A stretch of 63,646 nucleotides of DNA, counting the filler, from Psammoneis japonica (taxonomy: Eukaryota): assembly GCA_008632985.1 (NCBI GenBank). It is 4 parts of 4 records of this genome, joined end to end, with 100 filler letters (N's around TTAATTAATTAA, not from the genome) between each part and the next. Parts side by side here need not be neighbours in the genome. Positions count along the whole stretch, not along the records: positions 1 to 28,013 come from QPGO01000407.1; 3 more parts are not named here. The stretch is one strand, 5' to 3'. Shown piece after piece: positions 13,401 to 24,651 of the stretch. The notes under the pieces are model-generated. The model was given only the letters and a program-made list of their open reading frames with translations. It was not told where the DNA came from and searched no databases. Numbering within the stretch: position 1 is the first letter of the stretch; each line of letters opens with the position of its first letter. The position numbers and the translations under genes are program-made.

Positions 13401-14497
13401 ACATGTCATCATCAATTCCAGGAATCAGCGGCTTCAGCTGACCACTCGGGATCTCTGTGTCATTCTGGAAGATGCTCGGAGACATGACGTTTTGCTGGTT
13501 GAAAGCATTCCTTGTCAACCAAAATGTTGCACCGCTGGGTGGCTGAAGTCTTCTTGGAGGGCACCATGTCCAACACACCTTTGGCCTTCTTGATCGTGTC
13601 GGTCAGGTAGAAGGAGACAGCTCCCGTGCAATGGTGAAGAGGGACAACGTGCGTCTTGGCACTGTTTTTGCATTGCTTTCGCACAGCTTCATTGAAAGCT
13701 TCCAGTTGAGAACAACACCAATGGGACAAGACAATGGAGAGGGGATGTTCTTTCAAGACTTCCAACAGGGCGTGAATCACATCTTTAGCTCACTCTTGTG
13801 GAGTCTCAACAGCACAAAAGTTAGTGTGCAAGGATGGGTCTTGAGGCAAAGAGGCAGACTGCACTGTCAACCAGAAGGGGATTTGGGAGCAACTGCGTGG
13901 AGGGAGAAGAGCCATCAATGGCTTTTGGGCTAAATCGGCTGGACAGTGCTTCAGCAAAAGATCAACCAGCAGGGCTGCTCAGGAGAGATCCGCTGCGGTT
14001 TCATCCCATTTGCGGCGGTGCACACAAATGCCATTGTCTTTCAGGACCTCATCAACAAAGGGAATGTTCCTGATTTCTGCAATGGACAGAGACATGCGGA
14101 TGCTGTGAGCAACAACAAACGTGGGAGAGTGACGGTGCACACCACCGACATGGTGGAGGAGTGAGTCCAGAAGTCCACTCGACGACGTTGATTTCGGGAA
14201 TTTTTAAACCGCAATTCGAAATGATCGACGTCTGGTTCATCAGTGGGTCTTGGGAGGCTTTCTGTTGCAGGGTGTTGAGGATTGTGGTGTGACCCATGGC
14301 CAACACTGTTGATGCATTGTCATCAGAGGAGGTGAGTTTGAAGCAAATGGCAATTTCCTTTAATGCCAAACTGTCCGGTTTTCCTGATCCAGTCCTCATT
14401 GGAGTGGATGGAGATGAGTCCTTGTCGGGTGATGGATCTGGCTGAGTGTCACCAGTGGGGCCAACCTGCGGCAGCGGAGGGATCATCATGGTGACGA
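10475..14497 (-). mobile_element. Ambal-like non-LTR retrotransposon (ORF1, APE N-terminus, RNase H, CCHC tail) with the RT domain deleted
   Basis: APE start RLHAFNANG...ISETCLD (about 12450-12580). RNase H motifs AGSDGSVK..ATFGW, HCDN, QWVKGHQD, NMRADRPA. Zinc knuckle CLLC....EDRDHILQC; QSSVGWQQVFGG; W..LWEEHN..VHG. Candidate TSD GTTTT at 10470-10474 and 14498-14502. Confidence 0.85.
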
Positions 14498-17043
14498 GTT
14501 TTCAGCACAAAATTCGTGTAGATTTCTGCGTGGGATGTGTCAATGTGCACTTCTGCAGAAAAGCAACCATCAGAGAACAACAGAAAAAGATGCTGCCTGC
14601 AACAAAAGACATTGCAGACACCCATTTTCTCCCAAGCTGCGCTGCCATCGCAGAGCAAACACTCTGGATCATTCTTGCCGCATTGGACGATGTCAAAATC
14701 TTCCAACATCTGTCCCAAAAGTGCATCCTGCTGATCCTTGGGGACCTTCATGTCATCCATCTGCTTTGCAGCCCCCAACTTTGCTGCGGGATGCACCAGA
14801 TTGCGCAAATCAGGGTGAGGCTTGATTCCGACACCGTGTGGTGACAACAGCTGAATGGTGGTCATGAGCTGGAACTCTGTGCAGTCTGCACCTTCACTTT
14901 CCCTTGTTGAAACCACGCTTTTGAACTTGTCCTCAATTGCCTCATGATGAAAAGATGACTTTCCAGCATTTTCGTTGATCCAGTCAATTGCATCCACTGC
15001 ACCAGTGACAATCAAGCCCATCAAGCCATTTAGTTTCATGCCACACTTGGACACAAACACATCTTCGAAGTGCAGACCTGGAGTCCTCCAACGTTGGTCA
15101 TTGCGGTCACCCACAATGCTGACGAATGTCCTTGTGGCTTCTTGGAAATGATGGAGGACCCAATCACCACCCTCAAAAGGACAGGTTTGTCCATTGGTGT
15201 TGCACAACAAGCAGTGAAAACGGGAGAATCCAGTCTGCCAACCACCAACCACAGAGTGACGAATGCAATCGTAAACACCGGCAAAATGGACATTTTTGAT
15301 CAGTGCTGTTGCACCAAGTGAAAAATTTAAATCACATGCAATGACAAATGGATGACGGATCCTTGGAATGACAACAGCCGGGTGCTTTCCCTTCTCTGAT
15401 GGCTCAGCATTTTTTCCAATGTCCTCGTTGACCCAGGAATGGTGTGGGTCAAGGAAAAAATCTTCAATGTTCAAGTGACTTGGCTGGCCAGAGGGAGGAC
15501 AACAAGGGCCGCGGCATTGCAACATTTCTGCAGCATGGGAAAGATCAAGTTTTGCAAAATGACCTTTGACGCGCAATTGAAAGTTGGTGCAACCATGCAA
15601 CTGTTCAACATGATTGCCAGCTTTTGCTTGTCCAGCAGGGATGAGCTTGAGTGACCAGGACCAACCAACAGAGTCTCGAAGTGCAGTGCAAAGAGCACTT
15701 GTCTTGGTGCATCCCTCCTTGTCACAATCTTCATTGTCCCTGTGGAGCTTGGTTTTCCGTGTCTCAACTCTTGGGGCAGAGGATGATGTGCACTTTGCTT
15801 GCATTTCAACGTTCTCATGTCACAAGTGCTCTGCTCCAATCATTTCTCGAAGTGAAGCTGCAAAAAGACTGTCGCGTGTGGGGTCGTTGAAGGAGCGCAT
15901 TTGCCTCAAAGCAACCGCATGGATTTCATCCTCACAGACTTGCATGGCATCCAACATTGAAGCTGTCATCAACTGAACTTTTTTTGGAAGGTTGGGCCAA
16001 TCGTCCTTTCCGTAGATTGCACCAGGCTTGTGTGTCGGTCCCACAAGTGCCAAGTCACTGTCAGTGACATCGCAGTTCTGGCCGCAACAACCAAACTGGA
16101 TCCGACAGCACAGCTGGCATGCTGCTCCATCACATTTCTCATTTGCCTCTCCGTGTTCCAAAATGGCATGGAGGATCGACGCAACACTAAATCTCAATCC
16201 AAAGAAGCATTTCTGAAACATCTTGTCTGTGCAATGAAGATGGGTGATTGCCTCTGAAATGTGAGAGGATGACTGGGTGGGGCAGGCAATTGCAACCACG
16301 GATTCAGTCGTTGGATTCTTGGGAGCCTGGTCATTTTCAAAACCATGCAGAAACTTTCGAAGATCATTTGCCAAGTAAAAATCAGAGCCACTGTGAAACA
16401 GCTGGTGCCAGACATGATTCCCCTTGAAGCCACCAGAAATGGGAGTTTCCTCAAACACAACACCAAATCTCAATCCAAAGAAGAGTTTCTGAAACATCTT
16501 GTCTGTGTGATGAAGATGGGTGATCACCTCTGAAATGTGAGAGGATGACTGGGTGGGGCAGGCAATTGTAACCACGGATTCAGTCATTGGATTCTTGGGA
16601 GCCTGGCCATTTTCAAAACCATGCAGAAACTTTCGAAGATCATTTGCCAAGTAAAAATCAGAGCCACTGTGAAACAGCTGGTGCTGGACATGATTCCCCT
16701 TGAAGCCACCGGAAATGGGAGTTTCCTCGAACACAACAAGGTGAGAATGCTGTTTCTGCACATCACCAGGAATCGCAAGTGGAGAGGGCTCCGGAAAAAC
16801 GTCTTTGAGCTCCTCCTTTGTGAAATTTTCAGGCAAGGGAGGAGGCGAGGAAGCAATCACACTGAGCAACGGCCACAATTTGCGAGAATCAGCAACATGT
16901 TCCTCTAGAGTTGGAACGTCTTGGAGCAACTGCATTTCACCTGGAGATGTGTCAACAGTCACACCATTGTTTGGCACACTGAGACTGGTGCCAGTGGAGC
17001 AGAGGGAGTCTGAGGAGGAGGAGAAGCAGAGGAACAAGGACAA
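14498..17043 (-). pseudogene. Large degraded cargo ORF of unknown function, with an HxD motif and a 92-aa internal duplication
   Basis: ORFs 15820-17043 and 14449-15804 are in one frame, separated by a single TGA. Globular-looking sequence with Tyr largely absent. Confidence 0.55.
16186..16737. repeat. 276-bp (92-codon) in-frame tandem duplication
   Basis: VVFEETPISGGFKGNHV...FFGLRF occurs twice; offset 276 nt (16293 vs 16569). Confidence 0.92.
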
Positions 17044-17199
17044 GGTAAAAAGAACAATGAGAAACCAAAGGAGTCATGACATTGTGTTGCAATCTTGCCT
17101 TTCTGAAATTTTCGTTTCTTGGCATTTTTCATTGCAGAGGGAACTGCATTTCCAACCTTTTTGGGATTGCACTGACTGGCAAAGTTGTGGAGACGGGCT

Positions 17200-18193
17200 T
17201 GCCACATTGATTTGAAACAATCATGTCCACATTTGCTTTTGCCAGAATTGTTGGCAGCGGAAACAACATCGTCATTTTGCACACACTTCAAGAGCTGAGC
17301 ATTGACATGACGAGCATGCATTTGTTCACTTTCGACATCCATCATCACCATCCTGAGAGGCTCTTCCCAGGAGGTGTCATGAGTGCAGAAGAGCGTCTTG
17401 ACACAAACAGGGAACAAGACAGGGTCTTTGTCCTTGGTTGTCTCGTGGTGACCAAGTGCAAGAAAATTCTCCAAAAAGTTGATGTGAACAGAAGCCTCAT
17501 TGCAGGTGCCAAACAATGTGTGGAGCCAGCAGTCGCAATCATGATTTTTTTCCGGGCCGTGTGGTAAATTCTTGTCACAGAGAATCAAGAAACCAATGTG
17601 AAGATGTTGCGTGCATTGTAGAACCTTCGCTTCAAAACTCTTCAACTTGAGGTGGTTCACCAGTGGCTTGCCCGTCGGGTCGCACAATCCAGGATCATTG
17701 ATCATCTTGCACAACACATTTGTCTTTGCCATCATGTTTGTCATCATGTCTTTTGTTTTGCCTTTGCACCAACAACTTTCACATCCTCTGTTTTGGGGGC
17801 TTGGCAACACTCCAAGGCGTGAGGATGTTTGGCGCTCTGGCTGGAACAACTCCATCCTTTTGCAGACAGGAAGTGCAACAAACTTTTGTGCCCAAGTTCC
17901 TTGGCAATGATGCGGTTCACAGCCACAAGCTCTACAAAAAAATGAGGTCTGCCCTTTGACTTTTGCCAAACATGGGTGAACGCAACCCAGTTCAGAGATG
18001 GCTCACAAGTGCAATCGTGGTGGAACCGCACCTTTGATTTGAGCATCTTGATTGTCACTTTCACACGGGGTCGCTCCTTGCTGTCAACAACACCAAAGCC
18101 ATTGGCAAACAAAGATTCAAACATGGCCTCATCAAGGTCAGAATCATTGTTGTCTTGTGACAGAGCGGCAACTGATTGGCTTTGTGGTGCCAT
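17200..18193 (-). pseudogene. Degraded ORF of unknown function (transposon cargo)
   Basis: Overlapping frameshifted ORFs 17744-18193 and 16959-17969 with protein-like, Tyr-free sequence. Confidence 0.35.
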
Positions 18194-18527
18194 GGTGCTG
18201 TTCGCAGTAAAAAAAAGGGTTTGTGCAGGATGTGGCAGACTTTTGCGTGGGCGGTTTTACATGCGCACCTGGCAGGAAGGGTCAATCCCACCAGGTGCAC
18301 CGGCATGGGGCAACAGTGGGTGATGGGATCAGTGGTGCCAAAATTGTGAAGAGTGAAGCCAGAGAAAGATGTTTGTGCTGGAAACAGAGGTTGATTTCTG
18401 TGCACACACTTTTGCAGGTAAAATTTGTGTGAGAGGCTTCAACTGACGCACGCGACGATCACAGCGAAAAATCCGGCAATGCGTGCAGCATCAAAAGAAC
18501 TCTGAAGATTGATCCAAGAAAAAACAG

Positions 18528-19060
18528 GTGACACAAGAACAAAAAACACACAACAACAAACAAAGGATGAACGAAACAACAAAGGTGCCGAAAAGAGAGA
18601 AGGAGGTCGATGCAACTGCGGCGGAGAAGGCAGAGACAGTGGCTGCGAAGACAACGACAAAGGAAAAAGGGCTGGGAAAGGAGAAAAAGACAAAGGCAAA
18701 AGGGTCCAGAAAGGAGGAAAACACAATGATGCCACAGCCTTGGGAGGGTGATGTTCGGGAGATTCTGCCGATGACGGGTGTCCGCCAAGAAGCAAGAGGT
18801 CATTTGTTGGCTTTTCTGTTTGGAGACGAAGACGAAAGTGACCTGGCAGTGGTGGCCCTGCAGGACTTGGAGAGGTGAGGCATGTTGTTCTAAATGGAAG
18901 AAACGGAGGAGGGAGAGGAAAAATGGGATTGATTGGATGAACATGCAGTGCATGCTTTGCATGATGATGATGGCAGAAAGTGCAAATGCAACAATCGGCA
19001 AATTGTTCATTGCTGCATGTCCTTGTGACAACGGCAGAGATGTAAAATGTAGAAGATGAG
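18528..19060 (+). pseudogene. Lys/Glu-rich degraded ORF
   Basis: ORF 18528-18878 is charged and low-complexity and continues past stops. Confidence 0.3.
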
Positions 19061-19949
19061 AGCTTTCAGATATGAAGATTAGGAGTTTTTTTATTGTCAC
19101 ACAAAAAGCGGAAACTGTCATGTGGAGCAAGAACTTTTTAACATGTGGACATGGGTGGAACACCAAATGCACAGATGCCACAATGTCGAGCCCTCTGATG
19201 AGACTGTGAGCTGCCAATGTTTGAGATGAGTGAGGCACTCAATCAAAAGCATTGGTTGCATTGCACAGGGGGCTAGATTTGAGGTTTTCTGTTGAGAAAA
19301 TAAAAAAATTGGGCTGCCATGTCCAACCGGTGGGTCAGATTTCCTTTTGCAAAAACACGAAGTGCACGGTGTAATTTAAAAACAGCGCGAGCTCCGAACT
19401 CCAGATTTCCTTGTCCCTCCACCCTCCACATTCAACATCGCAAATCGCACACCGCACACCGCCCGGTATTTCTCGACCATGACACTTCACACTCAACACG
19501 CCACGCACTCTGCACTTTCCGACGTGTGGTGTCCCTTTTTTCACAGTTGATTCCAAAGTGTGGAGAAGATACACTAGGAGGACGACACGATACACATTCC
19601 AAAGTTGAGTTTAATTGAGAAATTTGGGCCCGCATGAAATTCTATCGGCACTCATCACTGGCATCTGGCATTCGTCGTGGTTGTCTTTCGACGGAGGTGT
19701 TTGCTTTCGAAGAACTTGTAGTAGCGACGCAAACCGTTGCTGATGCGGCTCGAGACGTCACCAGGGATGTCTTGACTTTGGAGGATATCGAAAGGGCCAT
19801 TTTGTATAAATCAAGTCTGAGCAAAACGATTGACGAGGCATGCACCCACCGAACCGGGAAATTCCATTTAACTCGATTCCTTGGAAATGCTCAAACTACT
19901 TGGAGCTTGTAACGTTGGACGAATAATGTGGCTACTTTGTAAAAGTGAC

Positions 19950-20885
19950 AACCCAAATGTCGGACTAAAAAAAAAAAGAATACTCGGCTTAACACCGAGT
20001 GACAACTACCAACGAGTATGCAAAACGGCATATGTACTCAAGGTCCAGCACAAGCGTGACATACTGCAATACAACAAATAGCGGGCGTATTGATGGTGGT
20101 GGCTGTGTTAAAATATACACGCTAGACCGAGTCAACGACAAATACTTTAATGTCAACATCGGACGAAAATGAGGCTAAGGAATGTCAAACAGCGAACCTC
20201 CCCATTTAGCAACTCCTGCAGGAATTGGAGGAACGAGGAATCCTTTACGAACTTACCGCGACACGTGCAGAACTCGAGACTCTGTTACATCAAAACAGAC
20301 AAGCCACTTCTTCTCATCAGACTAACAAAAAAAGTACCAATCATGGAGATCTCAGATGAATTAGATTACCGGGGTATCAAATATCCTTCAACCGCTTCCC
20401 GTCCCGAGCTGGAGGCACTCCTAAAAAAGAAGGACACTGCGGAGCAATCAATACTACCCGTGGCGCCCGTACGTAACGGCGCCGAGCAAAATTCAAAACC
20501 GACATTAACGATAACATCGCCTTCAACTGCTGGATGGAACGGGATGAATGAGGTATTGTGTACCTACAAACCGCAACGCTTGCCATGTTGGAAGATCTTG
20601 TGCGGCAGTCACGTGGAAACGCGCAGCTGGGACCAATCCCAGCAAAAACACAACCATGACATACTCAACATCACAGCCAGAATCCCAGAGATTGACGAGC
20701 AGCTCCGAGTGTTGTGCTGGAGATGTTGACAGAAAACAAAAAGGTGCAAGATGCGCGGTTGGCGGCCGCAAAAGAAAAAAAAAAACAATACTCGGCTCAA
20801 CGCCAAGTAACAATGGCCAAAATAAAAGAGCAGGCAAAACGGCATATATACGCGCTCTAGGTCCAGTACAAGCGAACAAGTAACT
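19950..20885 (+). repeat. Two diverged direct copies (about 19965-20065 and 20770-20880), possibly J-domain-like remnants
   Basis: Shared A-run + TACTCGGCT.AAC.CC.AGT.ACAA...GCAAAACGGCATAT...AGGTCCAG.ACAAGCG; peptides ILGLTPS...KTAY and ILGSTPS...KTAY. Confidence 0.55.
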
Positions 20886-20929
20886 GAAGTACAGGACGAA
20901 AAAGCAATTATTCTTCAAAAGATGAATTA

Positions 20930-21160
20930 AATCCCGTTGTCATGGGTCTGCTAAATTCGTACAAGGACAAGCAGTTTCTTTACATGCTGGTCAATCTATT
21001 TCAAGGTGGAGAGCTGTCTAGCATTTTTCGTACACGTGAATTTGACGGCGCTAAGCTGCATGCATCGTCAAGGTATTATTCATCGCGACTTGAAAAGGAA
21101 AATTATCGTGCTGGATAGTGATAGTTATTGTGCTTTGGTCGATCTTGCGTTGGGTGAGTA
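20930..21160 (+). pseudogene. AGC (PKG/PKA-like) protein kinase fragment
   Basis: LLNSYKDKQFLYMLVNLFQGGEL, then a frameshift to MHRQGIIHRDLKRKIIVLDSDSYCALVDL. The PEN and DFG motifs are degenerate and the rest of the domain is absent. Confidence 0.8.
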
Positions 21161-22298
21161 TTATGCCGGTTGTAGTTGGCGGTCGCGTGTTAACTCTTTT
21201 AAAAACTGCGTGGAAGGTCTTCTCACGTTGTTGCTTGTCGCGACGATTTTCGAACAGCCACCGAGGCAAAGGGTAAGATGTATACCTGTTGTTGGACTCC
21301 AGTCTACATGGTATCTGGAGTAGGTAAGTACTCTACTTTATTGAGTCTTTGGTATTATTACGTTTCTGTTCATGACTTTGAGAATCACATTGTTAATAAT
21401 TCAACAATATTTCACATGGATGCAACTTATGACACAGCCTTGGTGCCGATCTGTGGAGTCTCGGGGTTCCCATTTGCGATACATCATTGGACACACTACT
21501 TTCATGATTTCTGATTGCTCTTGCATTCCCTGGTCTTGTTCGCTGGCCTTGTCAACACCAAGACAAAAAAAACTCCGAGGCCTTCTCTTAGAGTGCGACA
21601 CTCTAACTCTCTCTCTCTCTCTCTCAAGCACCCGGAGGAGTTGGGACTCGAGAAAACGCTAGAGGGACTGCTCGCCCTCATTCATCCTCGCAAGTTGAGT
21701 ACCGGTTACCGGTAGCACAGAAATCCAGCACATTGAGCATGATGGCTGGCCTTGACATGGCTACACTACATCATATGGATAAGTTTTTGTTAAAGCACAA
21801 GGATACCTAGTATCTCTACTGAGCTGTTGCTCCTCACATGAGGGATAGGCCTTGATCAACCCCCGTGCACCAGCACAAACTGGCCAGCGGTCAACCTCTC
21901 TCTAGCTATAGTAGACTATAACAGTAAGATGGGTAGTCAACACCTGCAGGAGCAGATGGCTCTCTTGAAACTCATTTAAAGCAATAGGTTCGTCAATAGT
22001 CGAGCACACTGCACATCTTTGTAGCAACAGGTTCATCTACAGATTATCTTGCACTGTGTGAAATATCTCACACCAGGAAGCAACGATTGACTTTTTCTCT
22101 CTAGAGAGTTCCACTATGTCGACAACAAAAAAGTTGTCTCTGTTTCTGATTTTACGAAGCCTATAGGCCCTCGCTAGATCGCACACACGGTCTTTGACAT
22201 CAAATTATCGAATAGGTATTGACAAGAACTAGACAAGGTATGAAGCCAGCAAGTATTCCTCTAGCAAGAGGTCAATGTCTCCACAAATAACACGTTGT

Positions 22299-22739
22299 CT
22301 ATACCTTTCTCGCCGTGAGAGCCCAACCATTGTCTCCCGCCATCCCCTCCGACTCGAGTCTCAGACCCGACAAGACGAGTGATGTTCGAATACCATCGAC
22401 ATCACCCGCTTGCACGTCTGCTGCTCCATGGCCAGCACTGCTCATGACGTGAACCGTTGTTTCTCCACCCACCTTGAGACACGAACCAAAGGTTGTAAAC
22501 ACCTCATCGTCATACAACACGGGTATCGACGATGCTGTAATTATAATGTGCACCGAATCGAGCGAAGCGGTCGTGACGCGTTCCTTGGCCTTGGAGAGTG
22601 TGAACGATAATTCGTCTTTGGAGTGAACCTTGACGGATAGGACTTCGGACGCTCCGCTCGGTTCAAAGTGCAAGGCGTCACCCAGGACAATCAAAACAGT
22701 CGTAATGGGTGAGTCGTCTGTTTCTTGTTCGTTTGTCAT
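22299..22739 (-). CDS. 146-aa protein resembling the anamorsin/Dre2 N-terminal methyltransferase-like domain
   Basis: Clean ATG-to-stop ORF; SLDSVHI, LKVGG..TVHV, SLVLSGL and terminal ARK pattern. No Cys-rich Fe-S tail seen. Confidence 0.6.
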   Translation of the reverse strand: MTNEQETDDSPITTVLIVLGDALHFEPSGASEVLSVKVHSKDELSFTLSKAKERVTTASLDSVHIIITASSIPVLYDDEVFTTFGSCLKVGGETTVHVMSSAGHGAADVQAGDVDGIRTSLVLSGLRLESEGMAGDNGWALTARKV

Positions 22740-23086
22740 GGTGTTTTTGAAAAGGATGGTATAATAATCTGTTGTTGTTTTGTAATTCTTTCCTTCTTCC
22801 TAATCTTCCAATCTTGTCGATAATAATAATAGCGACAGCGACAGGGATTTTTTTGAGGATTTTCGAATTTTTCTGTGGTCGTCGGTGATCTGTCTGTCCT
22901 TCGTCATGTCATTTCAAAAGTATACGTGTTTGAATAACCCAATGATCACATTTTGCGGCGCATGGAATTTTTGGTTTGGCGAAGCCCACGATGATGTGAA
23001 TGTTGTGTCGGATTTCGAGTCAGTCAGATCCGCTACGCAAGTCAAAAACGGAAGCCTGAAGCTGTCAACATGATGTCGACACAGCC

Positions 23087-24410
23087 ATGACGAGAACTCT
23101 CTCATTGTCATCAGCATGGAGTAGCGTGATTTTATTACTGTATTGTTGGCACGACCATGTTGCGTTGCACTCGTTTTCCCACCTTGCATGCCAATCGAAC
23201 GCCTCCGGGGAAGCAAATTGCCAGCAGATCGAGATTTGTTTTACACGTCTCTCTACAACACTTCGTATATGAATGCTGCCACATTAGGACCAATGGCACG
23301 TCCAGTGTTGGAATGTGCTGTAAAAGTGTGGGAAGAGCTTGAAACGGATCCTCACAACAACTATCCTTGGTATAATGATTTCAACGATCCCAACGAAACA
23401 TCCGCTCTCGACTCCGTCCGTCAACAAGCCGCAGACATGCTTGGTTGTCACTTGGACGAGTTGTCCTTGACGCCGTCCACAACTGTCTCGTTGAATCTTG
23501 TCGGTGAAGGGCTCGTTGCGACTGGATACCTCAAGCCGTCGGATCGTGTTCTCACCACGGATCAAGAGCACAATGGTGGTCTTGCGGTATGGGAACATTT
23601 GGCCAATAGGAAGCGGTTGAGCGGAATTGACCGAGTTGCCCATGCCTGTAGGTGACGACTTGACACCTGATCCATTATAAAAGCCTTTCAACAACAGATA
23701 CACGTAGCACAGAGCAAAGGGATACGATACAGTTTTGTGGCCATATCACATGTCTTAACAACGACAGGAGCCAAGCTGCCTCTGTCGCACTTGGCAATAA
23801 TGGCGCATGCAATGAATGCTCTTTTCATTGTAGACGGAGCCCAAGGCCCTGGCCCTGTCAATGTGAATCTTGCAGAAAGCGGCGTGGATGTTTACACTGT
23901 ATCGGCACACAAGTGCCTTCTTGCGCCAAAAGGCACCGGGCTGCTATACATCAAGAAGGGCTATCCACAAGATGTGATTCGTTTGGCTCAACTAGCAAGA
24001 GGGTTCCATGGATACTCTCAAAATGCTGGAACCTGATGGATGCTTTTGGTGGTCTTGACGCCGCTGAATCTCACGGCCTTGCAATGGCAAAACTCACTCG
24101 AAATGCTCTACTACGTCATCTCCCCGATGATATTTCCATTCTTTCACCTGCACCAAACTCGGGTGCCGAGTCTTGCATGGTTACCGTTTCGTTACCATCG
24201 CGGCTGTCCAAAGCGGTGGTGACAAGCCGTCTCAAATTGGAATTTGGAGTAGTGGTCAAGGAACTTTCGGATCATCAAGACGGTTCTCCACTGATTCAAA
24301 ACTGCATTCGTGTGTCACACAGCATTTTTACGTCAAACTGTGATATTGAACGATTCATCTCTGGCTTGATTTGCATCATGACGGAAACAAGGTGCCCCGG
24401 TAATGACTGA
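23087..24410 (+). pseudogene. Class V PLP aminotransferase (cysteine desulfurase / isopenicillin N epimerase-like), multiply frameshifted
   Basis: YMNAATLGP, TPSTT.SLN, VLTTDQEH.GG, ISHVLTTTG, VDGAQ, SAHKCLLAPKGTG, IRVSHSIF. Frame breaks near 23150, 23640, 23670 and 24035 (true decay or assembly error). Confidence 0.8.
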
Positions 24411-24651
24411 TGATGCTTCGATTCTGATGGTTTGCTTGCTTTCCAAAAATAGTCGTCATAAATTCGTCACAAGAATTTTGACCGTCCTTGAAAATAACGA
24501 AAACGTGGGGATTGATTGATCTTTGGCGGTGCCTTTCTTCGGGATGCACCATTTAGTGGCGATTGGATGGTTCATACTAGCTTCCATTACCCGCTTTCAA
24601 AGCACTCTGTTGCTATCTAACTCTAATTTATAGGTGCAACGTTTAACTAAC

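Larger units (their letters stand above)
1..19320. mobile_element. Large decayed transposon block: Plavaka-like element with accessory/cargo ORFs and a nested LINE; TpA-depleted throughout
   Basis: Contains Plavaka-like transposase, accessory ORF and LINE remnants. No TA dinucleotide occurs in the first 355 nt or in 7333-7801. Composition normalises at about 19.3-19.6 kb. Confidence 0.75.

Noticed and set aside
1..19320. Classical RIP or CpG methylation decay as the sole explanation
   Set aside because: Both are C->T processes: RIP raises TpA, and CpG decay does not remove it. CpG decay is present but cannot account for the TpA loss.
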